NCBI GenBank assembly: GCA_050701635.1
Contig: JBOGDF010000001.1
Location: 1-63,256 of the forward strand
DNA: 63,256 nucleotides
DNA from: Micromonosporaceae bacterium
GTDB lineage: Bacteria; Actinomycetota; Actinomycetes; Mycobacteriales; Micromonosporaceae
Direction: 5' to 3'
A program made the translations under genes and the position numbers. Every line of letters starts with the position of its first letter. The first letter of the stretch is position 1. Below are positions 41,706 through 53,015 of the stretch, one piece after another. The notes beneath the pieces are model-generated. The model was not told the DNA's origin. It ran no database searches and saw only the letters and a program-made list of their open reading frames with translations.

Positions 41706-43288
41706 CAGTTGCCGCCTTTCGCGGTGTCCGGAAGTGGATCACTCACTCCGATGTCAGCCAACGTCGCCTGCACCGCCGGGTTGATCACGTCGATCACCGG
41801 CTGCGGGTAGATGCCGAGCAGCAGGATCAGCGCGACCAGCGGCGTCACCACCGCCAGCTCCCGCCGGGACAGGTCCCGCCTCATGGCCGGTACGTCGTTC
41901 AGCACCGGGTTGAGAGTGCCCTGCATCGAGCGCTGGTACATCCACAGCACGTACCCGGCGGCGAGGACGACCCCGGCGGTGGCGATCACCGCGACCGGCT
42001 TGTTGACGCTGAACGTACCGATCAGCACCAGGAACTCACTGACGAACGGCGCCAGCCCGGGCAGCGACAGCGACGCCAGCCCGGCGATGAAGAACACGCC
42101 GGACAGCACCGGCAGCAGCTTGCCCGCGCCGCCGAAGTCACTGATCAGCGCGGAGCCACGGCGCGTCACCAGCATCCCGACCACCAGGAACAGCAGCCCG
42201 GTGGCCAGCCCGTGGTTGACCATGTAGAGCACCGAGCCGACCGCCGCCTGACTGGTGAAGGCGAAGATCCCGATCCCGATCAACCCGAAGTGCGAGATCG
42301 AGGTGTACGCCACCAGCCGCTTCAGGTCGTTCTGCCCGACCGCGAGCAGGGCGGCGTACAGGACGCCGACCAGGGCGATCACCAGCACCATCGGGGCGAA
42401 GTAGCGGGACGCCTCCGGGAACAGCGGCAGGCAGTAGCGCAGCATGCCGAACGTACCGACCTTGTCCAGTACGCCGACCAGGATCGCGGCGGCTCCGGCG
42501 GGCGCCGCACCACCGGCGTCGGGCAGCCAGGTGTGGAACGGGAAGAACGGCGCCTTGACCGCGAACGCCACGAAGAACCCGAGGAACAGCCAGCGCTGCG
42601 GCCCGTCGGCGATGTCGAGCGCGACCAGCTGGGCCCAGTCGAAGGTGCCCTGGCCGAGCTGCTCGGCGGAGATCACCCACAGGCCGATCACCGCCGCCAG
42701 CATCAGCAGCGAGCCGACCAGCGAGTAGAGGAAGAACTTCACCGCGGCGTACTGCCGGCGGGCGCCGCCGAAGCTGCCGATCAGGAAGTACATCGGGACC
42801 AGCATCGCCTCGAAGAAGACGAAGAACAGGAACACGTCGGCGGCGGCGAACACGCCGATCATGGTCGTCTCGAGGGTCAGCAGCAGCGCGAAGAAGGCCG
42901 GTACGGAGCGCTGGCTGCGGGTCGCCGGGCCGGTGTCGGAGCCCGGTGCCGCGCCGGGCTCCGGGTCGGCGTCGTACCAGCTGGCCAGGATCACGATCGG
43001 GGTGAGCAGCGCGATCAGCGCCAGCATCACCAGCGCGATGCCGTCGGCGGCGAACGTGAAGCTGACCCCCCACTGCGGGATCCACGGGTACGACTCCCGG
43101 TACTGGAACCGCTCCCCGCCGACCTGGAACCCGAGCCACATCGCCAGCGTCAGCAGCGCGACGACCAGCGAGAAGCCGAGCGCCGTAACCTTCGCCAGCT
43201 TCGGGTTGTCGCGCGGCAGGAACGCCACCACGCCCGCGCCGACGAGCGGCAAAACCGTCAGTACGGAAAGGAAGGGGAACGAGCTCAT
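41705..43288 (-). CDS. nuoM: NADH-quinone oxidoreductase subunit M
   Basis: It has the block FPFHTWLPDAGGAAPAGAAAILVGVLDKVGTFG. Confidence 0.9.
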   Translation of the reverse strand: MSSFPFLSVLTVLPLVGAGVVAFLPRDNPKLAKVTALGFSLVVALLTLAMWLGFQVGGERFQYRESYPWIPQWGVSFTFAADGIALVMLALIALLTPIVILASWYDADPEPGAAPGSDTGPATRSQRSVPAFFALLLTLETTMIGVFAAADVFLFFVFFEAMLVPMYFLIGSFGGARRQYAAVKFFLYSLVGSLLMLAAVIGLWVISAEQLGQGTFDWAQLVALDIADGPQRWLFLGFFVAFAVKAPFFPFHTWLPDAGGAAPAGAAAILVGVLDKVGTFGMLRYCLPLFPEASRYFAPMVLVIALVGVLYAALLAVGQNDLKRLVAYTSISHFGLIGIGIFAFTSQAAVGSVLYMVNHGLATGLLFLVVGMLVTRRGSALISDFGGAGKLLPVLSGVFFIAGLASLSLPGLAPFVSEFLVLIGTFSVNKPVAVIATAGVVLAAGYVLWMYQRSMQGTLNPVLNDVPAMRRDLSRRELAVVTPLVALILLLGIYPQPVIDVINPAVQATLADIGVSDPLPDTAKGGN

Positions 43289-45216
43289 CCGAGCCTCACC
43301 GCCATCAGCGCCGCCACCACGATCAGCGCACCCGTCAGGATCGTCAGGGCGTACGACCGGACGAAGCCGGTCTGCAGCCGGCGCAGCCGCGCCGAGCTAC
43401 CGCCGACCACCGCGGCCAGCCCGTTGACCAGCCCGTCGATGCCCTTGTTGTCGAGGTAGACCAGCGCCCGGGTGAGGTAGCGACCCGGCAGCTCGAACAC
43501 CGTCTCGTTGAACGCGTCTCCGTACAGGTGGGCGCGGGCGGCGGTGACCACCGGGCCGGCCGGCTGCTCCTGCTCGGCGGTGCCGTTGCGGAACAGCAGG
43601 AACGCGATCCCCGCGCCGATCACCGCGACCGCCAGCGTGAGGACGGTGACCGCTAGGTGGCTGAGCCGGCCGTGGGCCGCTTCGTGCGCACCGTACAGCG
43701 GGGTGAGCCACTCGACCACGCTGGTCGACATCAGGTAGCCGGAGAACAGCGAGCCGACCGCGAGCAGGACCAGCGGCACCGTCATCACCGGTGGCGACTC
43801 GTGTGGATGCTGCCCCTCGGTCCACCGCTTCGGCCCGTGGAAGGTCAGTACGAACAGCCGCGTCATGTAGAACGCGGTCAGCCCCGCCGCCAGCAGCGCG
43901 GCCCCGCCGAACAGCCAGCCGGTCCAGCCGGGGCGGTTGAACGCCGCCAGGATGATCGGGTCCTTGGTGAAGAAGCCGGACGCCGGCCACATCCCGATGA
44001 TCGCGAGCCAGGCGATGCCGAACGTCACCCAGGTGATCTTCATGTGCTTCCACAGCCCGCCGAAGCGCCGGATGTCGACCTGGTCGCTCATCCCGTGCAT
44101 CACCGAGCCGGCGCCGAGGAACAGCCCGGCCTTGAAGAAGCCGTGCGCCAGCAGGTGGATCAGCCCCAGGGCGTACGCCGCCCCGCCCAGGCCGACCGCG
44201 AGGAACATGTAGCCGATCTGGCTCACCGTGGACCAGGCGAGCACTCGCTTGATGTCGTCCTTGGCGCAGCCGATGATCGCGCCGATGGTGAGCGTGATCG
44301 CGCCGACGGCGACCACCACGGTCTGCCCGGTCGGGGTGGCGTCGAAGACCGGCGCGGAGCGCGCGATCAGGTAGACGCCGGCGGTCACCATGGTCGCGGC
44401 GTGGATCAGCGCGGAGACCGGGGTCGGGCCCTCCATCGCGTCCGGCAGCCACGCCTGCAGCGGGAACTGGCCGGACTTGCCGCAGGCGCCCAGCAGCAGC
44501 GTCAACGCGATCGCGAGGGTGGCGCTCGCCGGCAGCGCGCCGACCGCGCTGAACACCTCGTCGAAGTCGGTGGAACCGACGTACGCGAACATCAGGAACA
44601 TCGCGACCACGAAGCCGGCGTCCCCGACCCGGTTCATCAGGAACGCCTTCTTGCCGGCGGTCGCCGCGGACGGCCTGGTGTACCAGAACGAGATCAACAG
44701 GTACGACGCCAGCCCGACGCCCTCCCAGCCGATGAACGCCAGCACGTAGTTGCCGCCCAGCACCAGCAGCAGCATCGCGGCGACGAACAGGTTGAAGTAC
44801 CCGAAGAAGCGCCGCCGGCCCTCGTCGCCGGCCATGTAGCCGACGGCGTACAGGTGGATCAGGAAACCGACGCCGGTGATCAGCAGGACGAACACCGCGG
44901 CCAGCGGGTCGAACCGCAGCGTCGCGTCGACCTGCAGCTGCTCCACCGAGATGAAGCCGAACAGCTTCAGCGTCACCGCCTTGACGTCCGAGCCACGCAG
45001 CGCGAAGACGTAGCTCAGCCCCAGCGCGAACGCCACGCCGACGCTGGCCACCCCGAGCCAGTGGCCCCACTTGTCGGCCCGGCGACCCAGCAGCAGCAGG
45101 ACCGCGGCGCTCACCGCCGGGATCGCCACCAGCAGCCACACGCTCGCCAGCAGCCCGCTCGCGGCCTGCACCCCGGAAGGGCCGACGACATCGAGCGCTT
45201 CTGTCACGGTCTGCAC
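43285..45216 (-). CDS. nuoL: NADH-quinone oxidoreductase subunit L
   Basis: It has the block KSGQFPLQAWLPDAMEGPTPVSALIHAATMV. The start is GTG. Confidence 0.9.
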   Translation of the reverse strand: MQTVTEALDVVGPSGVQAASGLLASVWLLVAIPAVSAAVLLLLGRRADKWGHWLGVASVGVAFALGLSYVFALRGSDVKAVTLKLFGFISVEQLQVDATLRFDPLAAVFVLLITGVGFLIHLYAVGYMAGDEGRRRFFGYFNLFVAAMLLLVLGGNYVLAFIGWEGVGLASYLLISFWYTRPSAATAGKKAFLMNRVGDAGFVVAMFLMFAYVGSTDFDEVFSAVGALPASATLAIALTLLLGACGKSGQFPLQAWLPDAMEGPTPVSALIHAATMVTAGVYLIARSAPVFDATPTGQTVVVAVGAITLTIGAIIGCAKDDIKRVLAWSTVSQIGYMFLAVGLGGAAYALGLIHLLAHGFFKAGLFLGAGSVMHGMSDQVDIRRFGGLWKHMKITWVTFGIAWLAIIGMWPASGFFTKDPIILAAFNRPGWTGWLFGGAALLAAGLTAFYMTRLFVLTFHGPKRWTEGQHPHESPPVMTVPLVLLAVGSLFSGYLMSTSVVEWLTPLYGAHEAAHGRLSHLAVTVLTLAVAVIGAGIAFLLFRNGTAEQEQPAGPVVTAARAHLYGDAFNETVFELPGRYLTRALVYLDNKGIDGLVNGLAAVVGGSSARLRRLQTGFVRSYALTILTGALIVVAALMAVRLG

Positions 45217-45217
45217 C

Positions 45218-45517
45218 TCAGTACTTCAGCAGGTTCGCGTCGTCGACCGAGGCCGACCGCCGGGTACGGAAGATCGCCATGATGATCGCCAGGCCGACCA
45301 CGACCTCTGCGGCGGCGACCACCATCACGAAGAACGCCATGATCTGGCCGTCCAGGTTGCCGTTGATCCGGCTGAACGTGACCAGGCTCAGGTTGGCGGC
45401 GTTGAGCATCAGCTCCACGCACATGAACACCACGATGGCGTTGCGCCGGATCAGCACCCCGACCGCGCCGATGGTGAACAGCGCGGCAGACAGCACTAGA
45501 TAATAAGTGGGAGTCAC
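45218..45517 (-). CDS. nuoK: NADH-quinone oxidoreductase subunit K
   Basis: 99 aa with the block [13 protein letters not shown]. Confidence 0.9.
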   Translation of the reverse strand: MTPTYYLVLSAALFTIGAVGVLIRRNAIVVFMCVELMLNAANLSLVTFSRINGNLDGQIMAFFVMVVAAAEVVVGLAIIMAIFRTRRSASVDDANLLKY

Positions 45518-45533
45518 TGTGCCACCTCGAGTC

Positions 45534-46295
45534 TCACCTCTCCGTGTGTTTCGGTGCGGATTCGGAGGCGGTCAGCTCCCGCTCCGGTACGACCGGCGAG
45601 ATGCTGCGGCCGGCGGTCGTACCGTCCGGGAGCAGCGCCGGGGTGGCGACGGAGTCGGAGCCGGCGAACACGCCGGGACCGGCCTTCATGCCCGGGTAGC
45701 TGCCGGCGGCGAACCTGGCCCGGGAACGCTGCTTCTGACCGACCTTGGTGCCCTTCGGCCGCTCCACGTGGGCCAGCACCATGGCGCCCACCGCGGCGGT
45801 GATCAGCAGCGCGCTGGTGACCTCGAACGCGAACACGTACCGGGTGAACAGCACCGCGGCGATGCCCTCGACGTTGCCGCCGGCGTTCGCCTGGTCCAGG
45901 CCCTGCACGGTAAGCGAGCCGAGCCCGCGGGCCAGCGCCGAGGCGACCAGCGCGGCGAAGCCGATGCCGAGCGCGATCGCCGCCATCCGCTGCCCCCGCA
46001 GCGTCTCGATCAGCGAGTCGGAGGCGTCCCGGCCGACCAGCATCAGCACGAACAGGAACAGCATCATGATCGCGCCGGTGTAGACGATGATCTGCACCAT
46101 CCCGATGAACGGGCCGGCCTGCAGCACGTAGAACACCGCGAGCGTGCACATCGTGACGACCAGGAACAACGCCGAGTGCACCGCGTTACGGGCCGCCACC
46201 ATGGCGATCGCACCGCCCAGCGCGATCGGGGCGAGGATCCAGAACACCACCGCCTCGGCGGTGGTCACGTCCCCCGCGGCCTGTGCCAGCGTCAT
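45534..46295 (-). CDS. nuoJ: NADH-quinone oxidoreductase subunit J
   Basis: The start at MTLAQAAG (ATG 46295) overlaps the nuoI stop (ATGA). It has a hydrophilic C-terminal extension. Confidence 0.85.
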   Translation of the reverse strand: MTLAQAAGDVTTAEAVVFWILAPIALGGAIAMVAARNAVHSALFLVVTMCTLAVFYVLQAGPFIGMVQIIVYTGAIMMLFLFVLMLVGRDASDSLIETLRGQRMAAIALGIGFAALVASALARGLGSLTVQGLDQANAGGNVEGIAAVLFTRYVFAFEVTSALLITAAVGAMVLAHVERPKGTKVGQKQRSRARFAAGSYPGMKAGPGVFAGSDSVATPALLPDGTTAGRSISPVVPERELTASESAPKHTER

Positions 46296-46849
46296 GACTC
46301 CACGGCCCCCTTCTCGGAGTACGGCGCCCGCTCGGCACCCTCCGAGGTGCCCGGGTTGGTCATCGCGCCGATGTAGTAGTCCTTCTCGGACTCGCCGAGC
46401 CGCATCGGGTGCGGCGGCTGCTCCATGCCCTCCAGCAGCGGCGCCAGCAGCTGCTCCTTGGTGAAGATCAGGTCCTGCCGGCTGTCGGAGGCGAGCTCGT
46501 ACTCGTTGCTCATGGTCAGCGAACGGGTCGGGCAGGCCTCGATGCACAGCCCGCAGAAGATGCAGCGGGCGTAGTTGATCTGGTATGTGGCGGCGTACCG
46601 CTCACCGGGCGAGTAGCGCGCGTCGTCGGTGTTGTCGGCGCCCTCGACGTAGATCGCGTCGGCCGGGCAGGCCCAGGCGCACAGCTCGCACCCGACGCAC
46701 TTCTCCAGCCCGTCCGGGTGCCGGTTGAGGATGTGCCGGCCGTGGTAGCGCGGCGCGGGCGGCCGGCGTACCTCCGGGTACTTCTCGGTGACCACCTTCT
46801 TGAACATGTGGGAGAAGGTGACCCCGAAACCCTTCACGCGGTCAAGCAC
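46292..46849 (-). CDS. nuoI: NADH-quinone oxidoreductase subunit I
   Basis: Two ferredoxin motifs, [12 protein letters not shown] and [12 protein letters not shown]. Confidence 0.9.
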   Translation of the reverse strand: MLDRVKGFGVTFSHMFKKVVTEKYPEVRRPPAPRYHGRHILNRHPDGLEKCVGCELCAWACPADAIYVEGADNTDDARYSPGERYAATYQINYARCIFCGLCIEACPTRSLTMSNEYELASDSRQDLIFTKEQLLAPLLEGMEQPPHPMRLGESEKDYYIGAMTNPGTSEGAERAPYSEKGAVES

Positions 46850-46850
46850 G

Positions 46851-48125
46851 CTACACCTCCGTCGTTTCGCGCGTCGCGGTCAGTCGCTTGGCCCGCGGAT
46901 TCGGGGGTACGACGAGATCCAGCGGCGGTACGGGGAAGCCCCCGGCGCCGGAGTCGATCGAGACCGGCTCCATCGGGCGCCGCTTCGGCCACAGGTACGC
47001 CACCAGCGCGGCGATCGCGACCACGCCGAGCACCGTCAGCCACAGCTTCTCCTCGACCGGGTCGGTGATCATCGAGCGGATCCCCGCGATCACGATGATC
47101 CAGATCAGGTTGGCCGGCACCAGCACCTTCCAGCCCAGGTGCATGAACTGGTCGTACCGGAGCCGGGGCAGGGTGCCGCGCAGCCACACGTACACGAACA
47201 GGAAGCCCAGAACCTTCAACGTGAACCACAGGAATGGCCACCAGCCGGTGTTGGCCGCGTCCCACAGCGACAGCGGCCACGGCGCCCGCCAGCCGCCGAG
47301 GAACAGCGTCACGGCGAGGCCGGACATCACCACCATGGCGACGTACTCGGCGAGGAAGAACAGCGCGAACTTCAGCGACGAATACTCGGTGTGGAAGCCG
47401 CCGACCAGCTCGCTCTCCGCCTCGGCCAGGTCGAACGGCGCCCGGTTGGTCTCGCCGACGATCGAGATCGAGAAGATCACGAAGCTCGGGAACAGCAGGA
47501 TCGCGTACCAGCTGGGAAGCTCCAGACCGGCGTACGTCACGCCGTGCGCCTGGGCGCCCACGATCTCGCTGGTGGACAGCGACCCCGCGGTCATGAACAC
47601 CGCGACGATCGAGAGCCCCATCCCGATCTCGTACGAGATCATCTGCGCGGCGCTGCGCAGCCCACCCAGCAGCGGGTAGGTCGAGCCGGACGACCAGCCG
47701 GCGAGCACCACGCCGTACACCCCCATCGCGGAGGCGGCGAGCACCACCAGCACCGCGACCGGTACGTCAGCGAGCTGCAGCGGGGTCTGCTGCCCGAAGA
47801 TGCTCACCTCGGGGCCGAACGGGATCACCGCGAAACCGGTGAACGCCGCCGTCGTGGAGATCACCGGGGCGAAGAAGAACACCCACCTGTCCACGCCCTT
47901 GGGCATGATGTCTTCCTTGAACGCCAGCTTCAGCCCGTCGGCGAGGCTCTGCAGCAGCCCGAACGGGCCGACCCGGTTGGGGCCCGGGCGGTGCTGCATC
48001 CGGCCCACGACGCGGCGTTCGAACCAGATCGTGAACAGGGTGATCAGCACCAGGAAGCCGAAGATGCCGACCACCTTGAGGATCAACAGCCACCACACGT
48101 CGGTGCCGAACTGCTCCAGGTTCAT
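46851..48125 (-). CDS. nuoH: NADH-quinone oxidoreductase subunit H
   Basis: The start at MNLEQFG (ATG 48125) overlaps the nuoG stop (ATGA). It has the blocks [23 protein letters not shown] and [21 protein letters not shown]. Confidence 0.9.
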   Translation of the reverse strand: MNLEQFGTDVWWLLILKVVGIFGFLVLITLFTIWFERRVVGRMQHRPGPNRVGPFGLLQSLADGLKLAFKEDIMPKGVDRWVFFFAPVISTTAAFTGFAVIPFGPEVSIFGQQTPLQLADVPVAVLVVLAASAMGVYGVVLAGWSSGSTYPLLGGLRSAAQMISYEIGMGLSIVAVFMTAGSLSTSEIVGAQAHGVTYAGLELPSWYAILLFPSFVIFSISIVGETNRAPFDLAEAESELVGGFHTEYSSLKFALFFLAEYVAMVVMSGLAVTLFLGGWRAPWPLSLWDAANTGWWPFLWFTLKVLGFLFVYVWLRGTLPRLRYDQFMHLGWKVLVPANLIWIIVIAGIRSMITDPVEEKLWLTVLGVVAIAALVAYLWPKRRPMEPVSIDSGAGGFPVPPLDLVVPPNPRAKRLTATRETTEV

Positions 48126-50635
48126 CGCGCACCATCCTCGGCGGCCGCTCCGCCGGCGAAGCCAGCAGGCATCGGGAAGTCGGGCTTCGGAGTCGGCGGC
48201 GGCGGGGCTTCGGCCCGCGCGATGCTGACCAGCGCTCCGGCGGCGACACCCAGGCTGCGGCGTACCGTCGAGCCGACCGAGTTGGTGGGCAGCCACACCA
48301 CCCGGTCCGGCATCTCGGTCACCACCAGCGGCAGGCTGATCGAGCCGGCGTCGGTGGTCACCGCCACGTGCCCGCCGTCGACGGCGCCGATCTCCTTCGC
48401 GGTGGTGGCCGACAGCCGCGCCACCGCCTTGCGCGCTGTACCGGCGAGATGCTCTTCGCCGTCCTGCAGGCTGCCCAGGTCGAGCAGGTGGTGCCAGGTC
48501 GCCAGCAGCGCCTGACCCGCGTCCGGCTGCGGCGGCTCGACACCGTACTCGGTGGGCGGCTCGGCGCCGGGCGCCTTGCTCTCGCCCAGGACGTTGAACT
48601 CGGCACGGATCCGGCGCGGGTCCGCCACCTCGATCTCGGCGTCCAGCTCGGACGCCAGCTCGTCGAGCACCCGGGCGTCGGAGAGCGCGCCGGTCTCCAG
48701 GACGGTGCTGAAGCCGCGTACCCGGCCCTCCCAGTTGAGGAAGCTGCCGGTCTTCTCCACCGGCGGCGCCACCGGGAACACCACGTCGGCGCGGCGCGCC
48801 ACGGCGGAGTTGCGTACCTCGATGCTGACCAGGAAGTCGACGGCGTCCAGCGCCGCCTCGGCGGCCGCCGGGCTGGGCAGGTCGGCCGGGTCGACGCCGG
48901 CCACCACCAGGCCGGAGAGCCGGCCGTCGGTCGCCGCCACCAGGATCTCGGCGGTGTCGCGGCCGGGGTCGGCGGGTAGCGCGCCCGCGGCCAGCCCCCA
49001 AACCTGCTCGATCTCGGTACGCCCGGTCGCGCTGTCCACCGCGCGCCCGCCCGGCAGCAGGTTTGGCAGGCAGCCCGCCTCCACCGCGCCGCGGTCGCCG
49101 GCCCGGCGCGGCACCCAGGCCACCCTCGCTCCGGAGGCCTGCGCCAGCCGGTCCACCGCCGACAACGCCCCCGGTACGGTGGCCAGCCGCTCGCCGACCA
49201 GGATCACCGCGCCGGATTCGCGCAGCGCGGTCGCCGCGTCCACCACCTCGGAAGGCACGTCCGACGCGCGGGACGCCATCGCGTCCAGCACCTCGGTCTC
49301 GGTGCTCGGCGCGGCCTGCACCAGCGTGGCGCCGCACTTGTCCAGCCCGCGGGTGGCGTACGGCTGCACGGCGTACACCCGGAGCTGGTTCTTGCTCGAC
49401 GCTTTGCGCAGTCGCAGGAACAGCGTCGGGCACTCCTCCTCGGGCTCCAGCCCGGCGAGCAGCACCGCCGGCGCGGCCTCCACATCGTCGTACGTGACGC
49501 TCCCGGTGTGCGGGTGCTGGCCGACCACGCGCGAGGCGAGGTATTCGGCCTCCTCGGCGCTGTGCGGGCGGGCCCGGAAGTCGATGTCGTGCGTACCCAG
49601 CACCACGCGGGCGAACTTCGCGTACGCGTACGCGTCCTCGATCGTGAGCCGGCCCCCGGTCAGCACGCCGACCCCGTTGGCCTCGCGCGCCCGGCGGATG
49701 CCGTCGGCGGCGACCCGGAACGCCTCGGTCCAGCTGGCCTTGCGCAGCTCACCGGTGCCCGGGTCGCGTACCAGCGGAGAGGTGAGCCGGTCGAAGGCGG
49801 TGGTGTATTTGAACGCGAAGCGGTCCTTGTCGCTGATCCACTCCTCGTTGACCTCCGGGTCCTCCCCGGAGAGCCGGCGCATCACCTTGCCGCGCCGGTG
49901 GTCGACCCGGATCGCCGCGCCGCCCGCGTCGTGCTCCGCGATGCTCGGCGTCGACACCAGGTCGAAGGGTCGCGCCCGGAACCGGTAGTCCGCGCTGGTC
50001 AGCGCCCCCACCGGGCAGATCTGTACGGTGTTCCCGCTGAAGTACGACTCGAACGGCTCGTCTTCGTAGATCGCCACCTGCTCCAGCGCGGAGCGCTCGA
50101 ACAGCTCGATGAACGGGTCGCCGGCGACCTGGTTGGAGAACCGGGTGCAGCGGGCGCACAGCACGCAGCGTTCCCGGTCCAGCAGGATCTGCGTCGAGAT
50201 CGGGATCGGCTTGCGGAACTCCCGCTTCACGTCGTGGAAGCGCGACTCCGGCCGGCCGGCGGACATCGCCTGGTTCTGCAGCGGGCACTCGCCGCCCTTG
50301 TCGCAGACCGGGCAGTCCAGCGGGTGGTTGATCAGCAGGAACTCCATCACCCCCTCCTGCGCCTTCTTGGAGACCTCGGAGGTGAGCTGGGTGTGCACCA
50401 CCATTCCGTCGGCGACCGGGATGGTGCAGGAGGCGACCGGCTTGCGCTGCCCCTCCACCTCGACCAGACACTGCCGGCAGGCGCCGACCGGGTCCAGCAG
50501 CGGGTGGTCGCAGAACCGCGGGATCGCGATCCCCAGCTGCTCCGCCGCGCGGATCAGCAGAGTGCCCTTCGGCACCGTGACCTGGGCTCCGTCGACGGTG
50601 AGGGTGACCGTCTCTTCCACAGCGTCAGCCGTCAT
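48122..50635 (-). CDS. nuoG: NADH-quinone oxidoreductase subunit G
   Basis: The start is at MTADAVEE (ATG 50635). It has the 2Fe-2S/4Fe-4S Cys motifs CDHP...CRQCLVEV and [13 protein letters not shown]. Confidence 0.9.
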   Translation of the reverse strand: MTADAVEETVTLTVDGAQVTVPKGTLLIRAAEQLGIAIPRFCDHPLLDPVGACRQCLVEVEGQRKPVASCTIPVADGMVVHTQLTSEVSKKAQEGVMEFLLINHPLDCPVCDKGGECPLQNQAMSAGRPESRFHDVKREFRKPIPISTQILLDRERCVLCARCTRFSNQVAGDPFIELFERSALEQVAIYEDEPFESYFSGNTVQICPVGALTSADYRFRARPFDLVSTPSIAEHDAGGAAIRVDHRRGKVMRRLSGEDPEVNEEWISDKDRFAFKYTTAFDRLTSPLVRDPGTGELRKASWTEAFRVAADGIRRAREANGVGVLTGGRLTIEDAYAYAKFARVVLGTHDIDFRARPHSAEEAEYLASRVVGQHPHTGSVTYDDVEAAPAVLLAGLEPEEECPTLFLRLRKASSKNQLRVYAVQPYATRGLDKCGATLVQAAPSTETEVLDAMASRASDVPSEVVDAATALRESGAVILVGERLATVPGALSAVDRLAQASGARVAWVPRRAGDRGAVEAGCLPNLLPGGRAVDSATGRTEIEQVWGLAAGALPADPGRDTAEILVAATDGRLSGLVVAGVDPADLPSPAAAEAALDAVDFLVSIEVRNSAVARRADVVFPVAPPVEKTGSFLNWEGRVRGFSTVLETGALSDARVLDELASELDAEIEVADPRRIRAEFNVLGESKAPGAEPPTEYGVEPPQPDAGQALLATWHHLLDLGSLQDGEEHLAGTARKAVARLSATTAKEIGAVDGGHVAVTTDAGSISLPLVVTEMPDRVVWLPTNSVGSTVRRSLGVAAGALVSIARAEAPPPPTPKPDFPMPAGFAGGAAAEDGAR

Positions 50636-51954
50636 CAATGGGCTCCCGCGAGCTCGTGCGTGGGCTGCAGCAGCGGCGGCCGGCGCCGCTCGATGTAGTC
50701 CAGGTAGTCCTGCTTGAAGTACTTGATCGAGGAGGTCACCGGGCTGGCGGCCCCGTCGCCGAGCGCGCAGAACGAGCGGCCCAGCAGGTTGTCGCAGGTG
50801 TCGAGCAGGGTGTCCAGGTCCTCGTGAGTGCCCTGGCCCTGCAGGATCCGGCGCAGCACCTGCACCATCCAGTAGTTGCCCTCCCGGCACGGAGTGCACT
50901 TGCCGCACGACTCGTGGGCGTAGAACTCGATCCAGCGGTACGTGGCGTACACCGGGCAGTCCTTGTCCGAGAAGCACATCACCGCGGTGGTGCCGAGCAT
51001 CGTGCCGACGCCCTGCATCCCCTCGAAGTCCATCGGTACGTCCATGTGCTCGGCCGTCAGCAGCGGCGTCGACGAGCCGCCGGGCGTCCAGTACTTCAGC
51101 TGGTGCCCGTCCTGCATCCCGCCGGCCAGCTCCAGCAGCTGCCGCAGCGTGATGCCGAGGCCGCACTCGTACTGGCCGGGGTTGTTGACGCGGCCGGAGA
51201 TCGAGTAGATCTTCGGGCCGGGCGACTTCTCCGTACCCATCGACTTGAACCAGTCGGCGCCGCCCAACACGATGTACGGCACGCTCGCGATGGTCTCGAC
51301 GTTGTTCACCACCGTCGGGGACGCGTAGAGCCCGTGGGTGGCGGGGAACGGCGGCCGCAGCCGGGGCTGCCCGCGGTAGCCCTCCAGCGAGTCCAGCAGC
51401 GCGGTCTCTTCCCCGCAGATGTACGCGCCCGCTCCACTGTGGACGACGAGGTCGAGGTCGAACCCGGAGCCCATGATGTTCTTGCCGAGGAACCCGCGGG
51501 CGTACGCGTCCTTCACCGCCCGGCGCAGCCGCCGCGCGGCGTGGATCGCTTCCCCGCGTACGTAGATGAAGGCGTGGTTGGCGCGGATCGCGTAGCTGGC
51601 GATGACCACGCCTTCCACCAGCGAGTGCGGGTCGGCCATCATCAGCGGCAGGTCCTTGCAGGTGCCCGGCTCGCCTTCGTCGGCGTTCACCACGAGGTAG
51701 TGCGGCTTGCCGTCGTTCTGCGGGATGAAGCCCCACTTCATGCCGGTCGGGAAGCCCGCGCCGCCGCGGCCGCGCAGCCCGGAGTCCTTCACCAGCTGGA
51801 TCAGGTCATCCGGGTGTACGCCCAACGCCTTGCGCAGCGCGGTGTAGCCGTCCAGCTTCTGGTACGTGTCGATCCGCCAGGCGTCCGGCGACGGCCAGCG
51901 CTTGGTCAGCACCGGCGTCAGCATGCTGAGCGCCTCCTGCGAAGGAGCTGTCAT
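50635..51954 (-). CDS. nuoF: NADH-quinone oxidoreductase subunit F
   Basis: It has [10 protein letters not shown], the FMN/NADH block [11 protein letters not shown] and the N3 motif [15 protein letters not shown] 51954 overlaps the nuoE stop. Confidence 0.9.
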   Translation of the reverse strand: MTAPSQEALSMLTPVLTKRWPSPDAWRIDTYQKLDGYTALRKALGVHPDDLIQLVKDSGLRGRGGAGFPTGMKWGFIPQNDGKPHYLVVNADEGEPGTCKDLPLMMADPHSLVEGVVIASYAIRANHAFIYVRGEAIHAARRLRRAVKDAYARGFLGKNIMGSGFDLDLVVHSGAGAYICGEETALLDSLEGYRGQPRLRPPFPATHGLYASPTVVNNVETIASVPYIVLGGADWFKSMGTEKSPGPKIYSISGRVNNPGQYECGLGITLRQLLELAGGMQDGHQLKYWTPGGSSTPLLTAEHMDVPMDFEGMQGVGTMLGTTAVMCFSDKDCPVYATYRWIEFYAHESCGKCTPCREGNYWMVQVLRRILQGQGTHEDLDTLLDTCDNLLGRSFCALGDGAASPVTSSIKYFKQDYLDYIERRRPPLLQPTHELAGAH

Positions 51955-53015
51955 TTGTCGACCCCCTGCTGTGCCTTCCGGAAGGACTGCTTCGCCTTCA
52001 GCCGCTCCTTGGCAGCGGCCTTCGACTTGGCGCGTACGTCCGCCGGGGCGTTCCACGGCGTGAAGCCGGCCCGCTCGGCGTCCTCGGCGGTACGGAACCA
52101 GATCTCCGGCTTGGTACGCCCGTAGTGCGGGCTCTCCGGCGCGTGGTAAAGGTTCGAGTTCTCGTTCCCCTTGATCGCGAACCCGTCCGGCCCGCTGCCG
52201 TCCCCCGCCGCCCGCGCCGACCCGGGCCCATACGGCTCGGCCTCGTCGGCCGGCTCGGTGTCGGCGGCGGGCTTCTCCGCGGGGGCGGGCTTCTCCGCGG
52301 GGGCCGGGGCTGCGGGTTTCGTGCCCGTCTTGCCGATCGGAGTGTTCGGGTCGAAGCCGGCGACCGAGATGCCGTACTGCTCGGCGAGCCGGTTGCCGGC
52401 GAGGGTGGGCTCCCCGGCGGGTCCTTCACCGACGGCGCGGTCCCGATCGTCGTCCCAGCCGGCGAGCTGCAGCGACATCTCCTTGAAGCTGCACAGTCGC
52501 GGCCCCCGGCTCGGGGTCGGCCGCTCGCCGTTCTGCAGCTTCTGTACGACGTCGAGCGCCGTACCGGCGTCGATCTTGTCGAAGAATTCGTAGTTGACGG
52601 TCATCACCGGCGCGTAGTCGCAGGCCGCGAGGCACTCGGCGTGCTCCAGCGTGATCGTGCCGTCCTCGGTGGTCTCGTCGTGCCCGACCTCGAGGTACTC
52701 CTGCAGCGCCTGATACGCCCGGTCACCACCCAGTACGCCGCACATCGTGTTCGTACAGACGCTGACCAGCCAGTCGCCGGTGGGGCGGCGCTTGTACATG
52801 GTGTAGAAGGTCGCCACCGCGCCCACCTGGGCCTTGGTGATGCCGAGCTGCTCGGCGCAGAACGCCACGCCGCGCGGGCTGACGTACCCCTCGACCGACT
52901 GCACCAGGTGCAGCATCGGCAGCAGCGCCGAGCGCGGCTGCGGATAGCGCGCGATGATCTGCCGCGCGCGCTGCGCGATCTCGTCGGAGAACACCTCTGT
53001 GACCACGTCGGTCAT
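51951..53015 (-). CDS. nuoE: NADH-quinone oxidoreductase subunit E with a long C-terminal extension
   Basis: The thioredoxin-like 2Fe-2S ligands are in SVCTNTMC and [10 protein letters not shown]. About 130 extra C-terminal residues follow (see findings). Confidence 0.9.
   Translation of the reverse strand: MTDVVTEVFSDEIAQRARQIIARYPQPRSALLPMLHLVQSVEGYVSPRGVAFCAEQLGITKAQVGAVATFYTMYKRRPTGDWLVSVCTNTMCGVLGGDRAYQALQEYLEVGHDETTEDGTITLEHAECLAACDYAPVMTVNYEFFDKIDAGTALDVVQKLQNGERPTPSRGPRLCSFKEMSLQLAGWDDDRDRAVGEGPAGEPTLAGNRLAEQYGISVAGFDPNTPIGKTGTKPAAPAPAEKPAPAEKPAADTEPADEAEPYGPGSARAAGDGSGPDGFAIKGNENSNLYHAPESPHYGRTKPEIWFRTAEDAERAGFTPWNAPADVRAKSKAAAKERLKAKQSFRKAQQGVDK

Noticed and set aside
48122-51736. 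A 1204-aa ORF suggesting a giant NuoF-NuoG-like fusion. There are similar 5' extensions of nuoH (to 49433), nuoJ (to 46547), nuoD (to 54685), nuoL2 (to 7745) and htpX (to 3725).
   Set aside because: The extensions overlap the upstream gene in another frame and have a non-protein-like composition. The true starts coincide with ATGA/GTGA/TGATG stop-start overlaps and with the first conserved residues of each subunit.
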